From the human T2T-CHM13v2.0 reference genome, Homo sapiens, in assembly GCF_009914755.1 (NCBI RefSeq), contig NC_060938.1: a DNA stretch of 64,000 bases; one strand, given 5' to 3'. The position numbers and the translations under genes are program-made. Shown here piece by piece: positions 26,992 through 43,104 of this stretch. Each line of letters starts with the position of its first letter. Positions within the stretch are counted from its first letter, which is position 1. Below the pieces are notes generated by a model. That model did not search any database, had not been told where the DNA came from, and saw only the letters and a list, made by a program, of their open reading frames with translations.

Positions 26992-27253
26992 AAATCCTAA
27001 AGAAGAGAAAATATATTTGCTATTCATTAATGGAAGTGGATCATAAAGGTCTTTATCCTCATTGTCTTTGCATTGGGTAAGCTGATGAGGAGGAGGGAAA
27101 GAAGAGATTGGTCTTGCTGTCTCCAGTGGCAGAGGTGGAGGAGGAGGAAGGGGAGGCAGGAGAGGCAGGCACACTTGGTGTAACTGTTATTGAAAAAATC
27201 CACTTTTAAGTGGACATGCACAGTTCAAACTCGTATTGTTGAAGGGTCAACAG
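26533..27253 (-). mobile_element. Tigger2-family DNA transposon (Tigger2a/2b) split by an AluYe
   Basis: 'cttaactactagtagcctacagttgaccagaagccttacc', 'tggaagtggatcataaaggtct', TIR 'ttgttgaagggtcaacag'. Confidence 0.88.
26710..26987 (+). mobile_element. AluYe (Ye5/Ye6-like), 5'-truncated
   Basis: Diagnostics gggcgaggtgg, gaaccccagggggcggagcctgc, gcgacagcgag; pure A tail of about 36-38 nt; perfect TSD aagaaaatccta (26698-26709, 26988-26999). Confidence 0.9.
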
Positions 27254-28574
27254 TGCTAGACAGTTTTATTTTCTAAATGCTAACTATAATACAGTATAAA
27301 AATACTAAAAATGTATAGTAGCTAGGGGATGATTAGAGAATCTTCCTTTCATCTTTGGCTGTGACTAGTTTGAATTGAGTTTGACATGGCCTGAGGTCAC
27401 TTCAGAATTATTTTGTTACACGTTTTTATTATCCAAAGCCCATTTCTTTGTTCTTAAAGAAGAAAATGATAGGAAATCCTTTAGCCTAACAAACATTTTT
27501 ATCAGCCAGTAGAATGGTGATCTGACTCTTTCGTATTTACTAATGCTGTTGTACCCTTTTTCTCTTCAGTAGGAACAACTTATTCTCACTCAGCTTTTAT
27601 TTTTATGTTCTCCAGAACATAAGAGAGCAGCTGCCCATGCCAAATAGTTACCTCTTTTAAACTCATTCTACTGGAGCAAATGGTAAGAGGTATTTGAATT
27701 AAGTTGTCTTTGGAGGGGTGTGCCTTATTTCTTAATACCTGATTATTTTTTTGGGCCCAGATCTGCATGGGTATGATTGTCTATAGTAGTATATTGTAAT
27801 TTTATAATGGTACCATGTTGCCCACTTTCTTGACTGTCTCATATATTTAAAATTTGCTAATAGTGGATTTGAACAAAAGTCTAAAGGAAGGAATCAGAAA
27901 ATAAAGAAGAGAGAACATGAACTATGTGGATGTAGTTGGAGGTCAGGGTAGGAATTGTGCAGAGCTCAGCCCCACCCCCTACTGTCCCTATTTGACTTAA
28001 AAAGTTGGGTGACATGAGCATTTTTGAAGACCTGGCTTCTGAGACAGCAGGTCACACGGCAGAACTGGAGAAGAAGCTTGGGAGAAGCTTGCATTTGCCA
28101 GTTGATCATGAATTGCTAATGTTTCTCGAAGGGCTTAGGAAACAGTGATGGGGATTTTATTTTAAAACCTGGACTTCATTTTAATGTTTGTCAATCCCTC
28201 AGCATATTTTATATATAAGAGGAAGTTGTAAATGTCTTCACTAGTATTTAAGTGCCTTTCCCCAAAACCATGTATGGAAAATTAAGGCCATATGGTGGGT
28301 AAAGTCTTAAATGTGGGGAAGTTCAGCATGCCACGTTCTGGAGCTTTTGGTGCTCCTGCGGGGAGGGCTTTATTGTATCTTTTTGGAAAAGATTTTTAAT
28401 AAGCAGGAGAATGTAGCGTTGAATGTCCTTGGCTTGAAGGCCATTACTACTCACATCTGCACAAAATGGGCCAAGGTCTTCAGTGAGTAGATGATAAGGG
28501 AAACACAGTGGTATGGGTGGGCAGCCCTTCCGCCTGATATCAGCCTCTCAGAGCAGGGGTGTTTCCTGAACCGT

Positions 28575-28646
28575 TGCTGTCTCAGCACATGACTAGCCTT
28601 GAGTTCTGCCTGTAATAGTTTCCTTAATTAAAACGGTCTGATTGGC
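28575..28646. promoter_or_regulatory. Candidate enhancer motif cluster: MARE-like site, M-box and NF-Y CCAAT box
   Basis: TGCTGTCTCAGCA (28575-28587), AGTCATGTGCT on minus (28584-28594), GCCAATCAG on minus (28638-28646) in DNA with no recognised repeat; motif evidence only. Confidence 0.3.
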
Positions 28647-28904
28647 ACTCTGGATGAGCGTTCAGTAGGTTAAATAGTGAATGGTTGCTGTAGAGCTAAC
28701 GGACTTTGTTTTCTTTCAGGGTTTTTTTTTTTTTTAAGTCTATAGCTTAATTCAGTAACTGACCCTTGTCTGCTACCGACCAGTGTTTTTTTCCAGTCAA
28801 CTGAAAAGTAAATGTTTTGAGAAATTGACTAGGTAACATTTGATAAATATCTGTCTTTGTGTAGGGACTTTCAGGGCTGTTCTGGCCTGAAATGAAAGCT
28901 TTTG

Positions 28905-29608
<704 letters not shown>

Positions 29609-30079
29609 TTAAGCAAATAATTATTTTATATCTATTATGTAGAGAACATTTTGCTTAGTATTAGCCAGGATAGAAATATGAAAAAGAAATGCCTCCTCGT
29701 AATCAAGTTATTTTTCTAGAGGAGAATTAGACATAGTTGGAAATGGTCATAATAAATGACCAAACATAATAAGGCCTTTAGTAGAAATATAGGTAAATGC
29801 ATTGAGGCATTTATAGAGGGAGGATTGAATCCATGAAGGTGGCATTATTCGAACAGGGCATTGAAAGGCCATCTGACTGTCTGTCTGCCTATCTACCCAT
29901 CTATCTGTCTACTAAAGGAGTAACATTTGGTTTTTTAGGTAACCAAAGCAACTCATCTTTGTTGTGTAAAATCTTGGATGTTCTTAATGGCACACAGATC
30001 AAAGTAAAAATCACCTAATTCCCACCAGATCACTCAGTCTTCACTAACATCCAGAAGTAACTATCTCTGCTATCACTTT

Positions 30080-30560
30080 TACTTATTATCTATGGAATTT
30101 TCCAAACATGCATAGAAGTAGAGAGAAAAGTGCAGTGAGCCCCCATATACTTATCATCTAGCTTCCACAGTCATGGACAGGGACATTTTGCCATTCTGTC
30201 TGTCTTTCTCCTGCTTTTGTGTTTTTTTTTGTTGGAGTTTCAGATATTATACTATTTAACTTATAAATACTCCAGTCATTTTTTGTTAACAGAGAAGCAC
30301 TTAAAAAAATAGCAGCAATGTCATCACCATTAACAAACTTACTATGTACTCTAGCTAGTCGTGTAAGTCCTAGTCCATGTTTTCTCTATTGTTTCAAAAT
30401 TGTCAGTTTACCGTTGGTTTGTGGGAATCAGGATCCAAGCAGCCTTCACACATCGCACGTGTCTCTTTTAAGTCTTTCTTAATCTGTAGCATTTTCTCTT
30501 CTCTCCCTTTTTTCATGTAATTTGTTGTGGAAGAAATGGGGTCATTTGTCCTGTGTCACT
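30080..30560 (-). mobile_element. L1MC4/5-like 3' fragment
   Basis: 'caaacatgcatagaagtagagagaa', 'gaatcaggatccaag', 'gaagaaatggggtcatttgtcctgt'. Confidence 0.6.
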
Positions 30561-30786
30561 TTAATAGTTTTCTTTCAGTTTTGTTCTTCTTTGTGATCAA
30601 AGATATGTTTTAAAAGCAAAATTAAGATCATATTGCGCATACTGTTTTATGAGCTACTTTTTATACTTAACGATTGAATGAGGACATTTTTCTATTATTT
30701 ACTCTTCTTCAATTAGTTTTTATTTTCTGTTAAATCTTATGGAATAATAGTAACTAAAATGAGAAAGATGTAGTTGATTATATTTA

Positions 30787-31112
<326 letters not shown>

Positions 31113-34100
31113 AGGTAAAGCTTACATTAATGATATATATTATAACAACAGATTGGTTATTTCTTTCCTCCTTGACTCCCTCCCTCCCTTTCTTCCTTTC
31201 TTTTTTATTCCAGTAGCTGTTATGGTTGGATATAATATTGGAGATGCAATTACCTGGATTGAAAGTCCGTTTGGTTTTTCCTGGGGAATGTAGAAGATGG
31301 TTGTGTAAAAGACAGCCTGCCTGATGGTTCCTTGACAGGGCTGAAAGTAGAGGGAGGTAAATGGTGCTCACCCAGGCCGTGATTTTCTGGAGATTTACCA
31401 CAAGAAGGGGACTCATAATTATTGTTGCTGAACTTTATTAAAATGTTAAGCTTACATTCTCATATAAACTAGGCCACTGTAATCCCAGCACAGTGGGAAA
31501 GGATTCTTAGTCGTTAAAATGGAGTATGACGTTTTTACTTAGTGATGCTAACATTTTTAACAGTTGTATATGAGGACGTCTTTCAGTTATTGCCAAACTT
31601 TTAGCCTGGGAAAGAGATATGTGTGTTGGCTCATACCTATAATAATTATACCAGCTGAAGCTTCATGTGGCCATTTAAGTAGACAGAGTCAGCTTCATTT
31701 ATGATGTTATAATTATCCCTATGGTAGTTTGTATTCTTCCATTTGATTAGACCTTTTGTAGTTATTTTAACTTTTATTTGTTGTTGCTTTTTCCTTTTTT
31801 AAAAATATGAAACAATACATATAACATCTTAACCATTTTCACCGTACAGTTCGTTGGTATTAAATACATTAATAATGTTGTCCAGCTGTCACCACCATCC
31901 ATCTTCATAACTCTTTTCATTTCAGTAAAACTGAAATTCTGTACTCATTAAACAGTAACTCCCCATTCCTACCACTGCCCAGGCCCTGATGTCCATCATT
32001 CTGCTTTCTGTCTCAATGATTTAGGCTACTTGAAGCACTTCATATAAGTGAAATCATCATACATTATTTGTCTTTTTGGTGACTGGCTTATTTCACTTAC
32101 CATAATGTCTGAAGATTCATCTGTGTTGTAGCATGTGTAAGAATTTCCTTCTTTATAAAGCGGAATAATATTCTGTTGTATGTGTATACCACATTTTGCT
32201 TATCCATTCATCCATCGATGGACACTTGGGTGGCTTCCGCCTTTTAGCTATTGTGAAGAATGTTGCTGTGAAAATGAGTGTACAAATATCTCTTTGAGAC
32301 TCTGCTTTGAATTTTGTTGGTAAATACCCAGAAGTAGAATCATTGGATCATCTGGTAGTTCTATTAAAAAATTTTGATGAACTGCCATAATCTTTTCTTC
32401 ACAGTGGCTGTACCATTTTACATTCCTACCAACAGTGCACAAAGATTCCAGTTTCTTCACATCCTTGCCAATACGTATTTTCTGGTTTTTTGATAGTTGC
32501 CATTGTAATGGGTATGAGGTGGCACCTCGTAATTTTGATTTGTATTTCTCTAATGCTTAGTGATGTCGAACATTTTTTTATGTGCTTATTGGCCATTTTA
32601 ATATCTTTTTTGGAGAAATGTTTATCCAAGATCTTTGCCCATTTTTGAATCAAGTTGTTTGTTTTGTTGTTGAGTTACAGTTCTTTATATAGCTGTGATG
32701 TTAATCCCTTGTCAGATATATGAATATGATTTGAAAATATTTTCTCCCATTCTGTGTGTTGCCTTTTTTAGTCTGTTGATAGTGTCTTTTGATGCACAAA
32801 ATTTTAAAATTTTCATGAAGTCCAATTTATCTGTTTTTTAATTTTGTTATATATGCCTTTAATGTCATATCTAAGAAAACATTGCCAAAGCCAGTGCTGT
32901 ATAGCTTCTACCTTATGTTTTCCTGTGAGAGCTTTATAGTTTTAGGTCTTACATTTAAGTTTTTCATTCATTTGAGTTAATTTTTGTAAGTAGTATTCAC
33001 CTAACTGTATTCTTTTGCATATGCAGTTTTCCCAGCACCATTTGTTGAAAGGACTGTCCTTTCCCCATTGAATGGTCTTGGCGCTCTTGTCAAAAATCAT
33101 TTCACCATGTATGCAAAAGCTTATTCTGGGCTCTGTATTCTATTCCATTGGTGTCTGAGTCTGTCTTTATGCCAGTACCATATTGTTTTGATTACCATAG
33201 CGTTGTAGTAAGTTTTGAAATCAGAAAGTATGAGTCTTCCTGCTTTGTTCCTTTTCAGGATCATTGTGGCTATTTGGGTCCCCTAACATTTCATGTAAAT
33301 TTTAGAATTGTTTTTCTTATTTATGCAAACATATCATTGGGATTTTGATAGGGATTGTATTACATCTGTATGTTGTTTTGGGTAATATTGCTATCTTAAT
33401 ATCAAACCTTTCAGTCCTTGAACATGGAAAGTGCTTCTATTTATTTCTTTTAACTTCTTTCAGCAGTGTTTTGTAGTTTTCATTGTACAAGTCTTTCACT
33501 TCCTTGTTTAATTCCTAGGTATTTTATTCTTTTGATGCGTTTTTGTAATGTCCTTTTAAGATTGTCCATTGATAAGTATATAGAAATGCAACTGATTTTT
33601 GTATGTAGACTTTGTCTCCTGCTATGTTGCTGAATTCATTTATTAGTTCTAACAGTTTTTTGTGGAACCTTTTGGGTTTTCCACATGTAAGATTATATCA
33701 CCTGTGGACAGAAGTAATTTTACTTCTTTTCCAGTTAGAATGCCTTTTATTTCTCTTTCTTGCCTAAATGCTCTGGTGGAACTTCCTGTACTAGGTTGAA
33801 TAGAAGTGATGAAAGCATGCATTCTTGCCTTGTTCGTGATGTTAGAGGAAAAGCTTTTATTTTAGACTTTCATTATAGACATGATGTTTGCAACTGGTTT
33901 TTCATATGTTGCTTTTATTTTATTGAGGTAGTTTCTTTCTATTCCTAGTTTATTGAATGTTTTTATCATGAAAGGGTGTTGAATTTTAACAGATGCTTTT
34001 TCTGCATCAATTCAGATGGTCATATGGGATATTTCATCTCTTCATTCTGTTAATGTGGTGTATGATCTTTGTATGTTGAGCCATCCTTGTATTCCAGGAA

Positions 34101-35965
34101 TAGATCCCACTTGGTCATGGTGTATAATCCTTTTACTATGCTGCTGAATTCAGTTTGCCAATATTTTGTTGAGGATTTTTGCATCGGTATTCATTAGAGA
34201 TAATGGTCTCCAATTTTCTTGTAGTATCTTCATCTGGTTTTGGTCTTAGGGTAATACTGGCATCAGATAATGAGTTAAGAAGTGTTCCCTCCTCTTCAAT
34301 TATATGGAAATTTGAGAGGGATTGGTGTTAGTTCCTTATTTGTTTGGTAAAATTTACCAGTGAAGCCATTAGGTTCAGAACTTTTCTTTTTTGAGAGATT
34401 TTTTTTATTACTGATTTAATCTCTGTACTAGTTATATCTCTTAGGTTTTCTGTTTCTTCATAATTTAATGTTGGTAACATTTTGTATTTCTAGGAATCCA
34501 TTTTTTCTAGGTTATCCAGTTTTTTTGCATACAGTTCTTCATAGTGCACTCTTATAAGCCTTTTTATTTCTGTAGAATCAGTAGTAATGTCCCCACTTTC
34601 ATTTTTGATTTTAGTAATTTGAATCTTCCCTTTTTGTGTGTGTGAGTACATCTCAGTAAATATTTGTCAATTTTGTTGATATTTCCAAAGAACCAACTTC
34701 TGTTTCCTTAATTTTCTCTGTTGTTTTTCTTTTGTTTAGTTTATCTCTACTCCTTCTTTCTGTGAGCTTTGGGTTTAGTTTGTTCTTAAAGTTAGGTTTT
34801 TGACTTGAGATTTTGTCTTTTAATGTAAACATTTATAGCTGTGAATTTTCCTCTCAGCACTGCCTTTGCTGTGTCCCATAAGTTTTGGCATTTGTGTTTT
34901 CATTTTTGTTCAAGTCTTAAGTATTTTCTAATTTCCCCTGTGATTTCTCCTTTGATCTATTGGTTAAGAATATGTTGTTCAGTATCCTACAATTTTGTGT
35001 TTTGTGGAAATAGTTTTACTTCTTATTAATTTCTAACTTCATCGTGTTGTGATTGCAGAAGACATTTTATGTGGCATCTTTGAAAATCTGTTGAGACTTA
35101 ATTTGTGGCTTAGTATATGGCTTGTCCTGGAAAATATCCCATATGCTTTTAAGAAGAATGTGTATACTGTTCTTGGAGTGTTCTGTATATACCTGTTAGT
35201 TCAGTTGGTTTCTTGTGTTTTTTGAGTCCTCTGTTTCCTTGTATCCAGTCCAGTTGTTCCATCCATTATTGAGAATGGGGTATTGATGTCTCCAACTATT
35301 ATTGTAGAATGGTCTATTTCTCTCTTTGGTTTTATTTTAGATTTATTTTAGATATTTTGATAGTTAGGTGAATAAATTTTTATAATGGTTATATCTTGCT
35401 ATATTGTATTTTTTGTTACTATATAATGTCCTTTTTTTGTTTAATGTAAGCGTTTTTGACCTAAAATCTATTTTGTTAGGTATTAGTATAACCATCCTTG
35501 CTTTCTTTTGGTGACTATTTGCACGAAATAATCGTTTTATTACTGCACTTAGAATCTGTTTGTGTCTTTGGATCTAAAGTGAGCCTCTTGTAGATAGCAT
35601 ATAGTTGGATCATGTTTTTTAATTTTTTAATCTTTAAACACATGTCCTTTGTCTATCAGAGGTTGTTTTTATCTGTTCTACCATTCTCTGTCTTTTTTGA
35701 TTAGAGAGTTTAATCCATTTACATTTAAAGTAATGACTGATAAGGAGGCACTTTTGTCATGTTGCTATTTGTTTTCTACATGCCTTGTAGCTTTTTGGTT
35801 CCTTATTTCTAGCATTAACTGTTGACTTTTGTATTTGTTTGTTTGTTTGTTTTTAGTGAAACCTTTAAAATTTTTTTTTTCTTGTTTGTATTCTGTAGGT
35901 ATTTTCTTTGTGGTTACCATAGGAATTACATTTAACATTCTAAAGTCATAATACCCTAATTTGAA

Positions 35966-36280
35966 TTTCTTTCTTTTTTTTTTTTTTTTTCCCAAAGACA
36001 GAGTCTCACTCTGTTGCATAGGCTGGAGTTGCAAGTGGTATGATCTTGGCTTACTGCAACCTCTGCCTCCCAGGTTCAAGCGATTCTCCTGCCTCAGCCT
36101 CCTGAGTAGCTGGGATTACATGCGTGCACCACCATGCCCAGCTAATTTTTTTGTATTTTTAGTATAGACGGGGTTTCACCATGTTGGCCAAGCTGGTCTC
36201 AAACTCTTGACCTCAAATGATCTGCCTGCCCTGGCCTCCCAAAGTGCTGGGATTACAGTTGTAAACCACTGCACCCAGCC
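35966..36280 (-). mobile_element. AluS nested in L1MB
   Basis: Full dimer; TSD tgaattt. Confidence 0.92.
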
Positions 36281-37299
36281 TGAATTTATACCAGCTTAAC
36301 TACATAAACTCTCTTCCTCTAATAGTTCAGGCACCACCTTTTTCACTGTTGATGTCACAGAATTACATCTTTATACCTTGTGTGCTCAAAAACATAAAGT
36401 AATAATGAACTAATAAGAGATTAGTGCATTCATTTCTTAAACCATGTAGAAAACAAAATGTGGCATTGTAACTAATAGCACTACCTTTTAGACTAAATTT
36501 TTAGAGAAAGTTTAGTCTCTTAAATCACAGAGCAAACAAAAAATGCAGTTACAGACTGTTTTTACAATGATACTTTTATAATTGCTCCTGCATTTTCTTT
36601 TATTGAAGTCTTTATTTCTTTATGTGGCTGCAAGTTACTTTTTAGTGTCCTTTTATTTTTACCCTGCAGGGACTTCTTTTATCATTTCTTGCAAGACGGG
36701 TCTAATGGTAGTCAACTTTCTCAGCTTTTTTTTTTGTCTGAGAATGTCTTCATTTCGCACCCACTTTTGAAGGACAGTTTTGACAGAATAACATTCTGGT
36801 TGATAGGTTTGTTTGTTTGTTTTTTGCACTTTGAATATATCTTCCTACTGCCTTTTGGCCTCCAAAGTTTCTGATGAGAAAACTGCTAATAATCTTAGGA
36901 GGATCCTTTGTATGTGATGAGTTGCTTTTCTCCTGCTGCTTTCAAGATTCTATCTTTGTCTTTAGAAAGATATTATAATGTGTATCAATGGGGGTCTCTT
37001 TGAGTTTTCTTGTCTCCTTTTGGAACTCTCACAATGTATGTGTTGCTTAGCTTGATGGTGTCCCATAGGTCCCCTGGCTCTGCTCACTTTTCTACAGTCT
37101 TCTTCCTGTTTCTCAGACTTGATCATTTTCATTGTCCTCTCTTCAGGTTCACTGATTCTTTCTTCTGCATCCTCAAATCTGCCTTTGATTCCCTCAGTGG
37201 ATTTTTCATTTCTATTGTGCATTTCAACTTCAAAAATTTTTTTCTGGATTTTGCATCTCTTTATGAATATTTTCATTTTGCTTATGAATTTTTTTTTAA

Positions 37300-37785
<486 letters not shown>

Positions 37786-40700
37786 GAAAACTGGACATTT
37801 TAATCTCATAATGTGCCAACTCTGGAAATCAGATTCTCCCCCTTCCTTATGATTTGCGGTTTTTTTTTTCTTTTTTACTGGTTTTATTTTTATTTTTATT
37901 TTTATTGTAGGCTGTCTGTGTGCTGATGATCAATCTGATGTGTAAATTTAAGGTCTTTTCAGATATTTTCTGAGTCTGCACCTTTCCCTGACCATGCATG
38001 GTCACGTTCTAATTTTCCCCATATATGTGGTTGCTTTTGAATGGCCTAGTCTTTAATGTCTGGCCCTTAAAAGGGGTAAAGAGAAAATTGAATGGGGGTT
38101 GGGGAGAAGGGCTCTGGCCTGTTAAATGCCCTGAAGTCCCTTTGGTCAAAAAGGAGGGGCTTCCTGCAAGAGGGGAGGTTCAACAACAGTGGCCTCTTTG
38201 CACTTTTGTGATCAGAAGCAGCAGTCAGCCATTAGAGCACAGATCCCTGATATTTAGAGGGCAGGGTCCTTTTTGCCCATCCTGGCTCTTGCCAGCTGTG
38301 TGCAAACTACTCTAGGAAATGTGTGCCCAGCTACCTGCCCCAGGACTTGGGGTAGATGATGGGTAGCTGCAACTACGGTAAGAGCCAAAATTAAATGAAA
38401 ATAACCTCAATGAACTGTTCAGGCTTTCTGCTAGAAGTTGCAAGTTTTCCATAGATTCCACAGCTCCAAAATAATTATTTTGGATAGATTCTGCCAGTGC
38501 ATCTATTGTCTGGGCGGGAAGACAGATTCCTGATACTTGCTACTCTGTGATCATCCCAGAACCTGCTCCTCAATTTCATTTTAATTTAGTAATAGTTGCT
38601 GAGATATTATTTTTATTTCACCGTATTATTTAATCCCAAGTCACTTGATAACATTTTGTTTTTGTGAGACATTTTTTCAAGATTAATTTTTTAATAGAAG
38701 TAATAAATTAGTCCATTTATAAGGTTTGAGTGCCTGTTTCCTCCCCACTTCCCTCGTCCTGGTTCTCTGGCTTGCTCTCCACTGGTAAACAGTTTGTTGA
38801 TTTGGTACTTTTATTTTTATTTATAATATAAAAGCATTGTATTTTTGTATTTTAGAAACTTCACATAATTGCCATTGTATTTAATATCTGTAATTTTTTT
38901 TTTTATTCAACAACTGGCTTTGGATAGGTATTCATGTTGGTTCATATAATCCCAGTTCATCCTTTTTAACTGCTGCCTAGTCATGGGGATTGATTTTTTT
39001 TTTCTTCATTTTTCCCATTGCTGAACTTCTAGATTGTTTCTGATAGTTCCTGATTATAAACAAGGCTGCAGGCAACATCCTTGTCCTTGGCTCTGTGTAT
39101 ATGGGCATGTTTCTCTATGCAGTTGTCAGGTCATGGGATATTGTAATAGACACTCTCGAATTGCTTTATCTAAGTGGCTTCCATCAGCAGAGGATAGGTT
39201 CTTTAGTCCTATATGTTTATATGTGGAGAAATGGTACAGGATAGGAACTGTGTTTGAAGACCTGATGTATATTTACAAATAGGTAGATCTCATTAGCTTA
39301 TAATATTTGGCTTTGAAGTTGAAGGCTAGTTTTATTCATTGCACTGTATTTTGCTATCAGATGTGAATTTATTTAGAAATAAAGAATTCTGCTGTTGAAT
39401 AATTGCAGGTAAATTACTATAATTACCATTGAGCTTTTATGTAAAAGTAACACCTTGTTTTACAATCTGTGCATTGGGGGTAAAGCTAGGTGTGAGGGTT
39501 GTCTTAAGTGCTTCTGAAGTTTGGAAGACTTCTTCAGTTAACTGCTAATCTGTGTTCTAATGGCTGAGGGATGTGTTGTATATTCAGCATCACACCTACC
39601 TCATTATGGACACCACAGGCAGAGGGAATACATAATTAAATGAGAGCTACTGCTGGGCAGAAATAGGCACACCACCTCCTCTAGTTTCCCTTAAAGGACT
39701 GTTGGTTTCAAAGTAAGAATGGTATTTATTCTTTTCCTTTTTTTTTGCATGGTTGTCTGGTATGATGGGGAATATTTCTTTCTTCCTTTTGATCTTTTAA
39801 GAAAATAAAAAACTGTAATACTTATTTTATCAATAAATTATTTTCAGAAGCTTTGGTTTTTGAAGTTATCAGTCTTCATATGCCACTTCTTTCTCCACAA
39901 TAGTTACGTCTGTTCCATTTTATCTCTACAATCCTCTAGCTGGAGATCTCATCAGTATTCTGAGCCTCACTCTATTCATCTAACAAATGGGGCTAATAAG
40001 CCAGGAGCCCAGCAGGGTTTTTGGGAGCATGAGGTTGTCAGTGCAGTGCCTCATAGGAAACAAGCTGCACGGGACCAGAGAAATCACTTAATCCAGCCTT
40101 CTCCTATAACAGATGAGAAAACTGAGGCTGAGTGTCACATAATGTGTAGCTTCTCTCCCTTTTGTTTGTGCTTAACTAATATCTTTCTCAGTTGTGGGAT
40201 CACTTTGCGACTCTGCTTCTTGAGAAACCACAGGGGCAGCTTTTGCACAGGGCATTTTCCTTGCTTGCAATTTCTCTTTCTTTTCACCACCTGTCAAGTC
40301 ACCTTGCCCTCCCTTTGAAACACATTCAAATTCATTTCCTCAGGGAGGCTTTTCTAGTTCATCCTTAAAGATGGGTATTTCAAATCCTGATCAACTCAGT
40401 TTTATCCTTCACTGTGGAAATGTGAAGGACCTATTATTGATATTATTATAAAGGTCCTATATAGATATACATATACACTTATATTTTTTGTTATTTAGGG
40501 AAAAAAAACTTCTTGAGAACAAATTTGTTAGCAGCGCAGTGTTATTTGTGTATTTTGAAAGGGACAGTTTCAGTTGATGAGATAATTAAATGCACGATAT
40601 GCTTTTAGCATGTTAACTCCTACTCACAGATCCTTGTTCTGCTTTTCATACAATCAGCTTTCAAGCTAGTAGTCCAGAGCTAAGGATTATGTTAAATAAG

Positions 40701-40899
40701 TTAGAAGAAAACCACCCACTGCTAATTCACATCTTTTCATATGGGTGAATATTCTTGCAACTTTCCCCTACTGTGCTTTCTTCCACACTATGAAAAGAGG
40801 CAAATAAAGTAAAAATGTCAAGTAGCAGTATACACTCCTAAAGATAACTCACAGAAGTAGTTATATGTGGACTTAACTAGTACATAAAAGATTACATGA

Positions 40900-41208
40900 G
40901 GCTGGGTGTGGTGGCTCTCAGCTGTAATATCAGCACTTGGGAGGCTGAGGCAGGAGAATCGCGTGAGTCCAGGAGTTCGAGACCAGCCTGGGCAACATCG
41001 TGAGACCTAGTCTCTACAAAAAAATACAAAAATTAGCTAGGTATGGTGGAGCATGCCTGTACTTCCAGCTACTTGGGAGGCTGAGGTGGGAGGATTGCTT
41101 GAGTCTGGGAGGTCAAGGCTGTAGTGAGCTGTGATTGCACCACTGTACTCCAGCCTGGGCAACAGAGGCAAGATAGTGTCTAGAAAATAAATAAATAAAT
41201 AAAAATAA
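40900..41208 (+). mobile_element. AluJ with (TAAA)n tail
   Basis: J-type dimer; TSD attacatga/atcacatga. Confidence 0.9.
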
Positions 41209-41256
41209 ATCACATGAAAGCCAAGTTGGACTTCATAATCCTTAACATGAATGAAC

Positions 41257-42228
<972 letters not shown>

Positions 42229-42812
42229 GAATGAACAATCAAATGAATGTTTGATTGTACAACATGCACATTTTTATTTAATTTCATAGTACTGAATAAA
42301 TCCTTTTCACATTCATTTGCGAACTGCTTTTATATGCCCCTGATTTGTAATCAAATACTATTTTGTTTTTGTGGCTGGGCTGCTATGGAAATAGGAAGTA
42401 AATGTTACAGGTAGCTCTTCCACTGAACATGCACAAATGCATGTGTTGGTGTGTGTTTGTATGAAAGGATTATAAGATCTTTTGCTTAGAGTGTGAATGG
42501 AAAGGGGTATAATAGAGTTTTATATCTGGAAAGAACCTTATTTGTTATCTGTTTATAGGTGAGAATGGATATTTACAGAGATCAGGTGGTTTGACAAGGT
42601 TATTCTGCTGTATAGTGTTAGAGCTAAGGCTTAGAACTCTGAGTTTCTGGAGTTAGAGAGCACTCTTAATGCTTTGGGAGAAACTTAGCAGTATTCTTTT
42701 TACCCGTTCAGGGAACTCAGAGTCTCTATTTCCTGAATTATCTTTTGGATTTTGGATATTTGCAAGATTAGATTATCAATGGAGTTTGAAGGTAGACTCT
42801 TGTCTGGATATT

Positions 42813-43104
42813 ATTATTATTTGAGATAGTGCCTCATTCTCTTTTCCGGACTGGAGTGCAGTAGTGCAATCACAGTTCACCATGGCCTCAACCTCTCGGG
42901 CTCAAGCAATCTTCCAACCTCAGCTTCCTGAGTAGCTGGGACTATGGGTGTGCGCCACCACGCCCAACTAATTTTTGTACTTTTTGTAGCGACGGGGCTT
43001 CACCATGTTACCTCGGCTGGTCTCAAACTCTTGAGCTCAAGGGATCCTGCCACCTCAGCCTCCCAAAGTGCTGGGATTACAGGCGTAAGCCACTGCACCT
43101 AGTG
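42813..43104 (-). mobile_element. AluJ (Jb-like)
   Basis: TSD cttgtctggatatt/cttgtctggacatt. Confidence 0.9.

Noticed and set aside
39860-40318. 152-aa ORF
   Set aside because: Starts at TTG, overlaps MIR-like sequence (acagatgagaaaactgaggc) and has no recognisable domain or exon structure.
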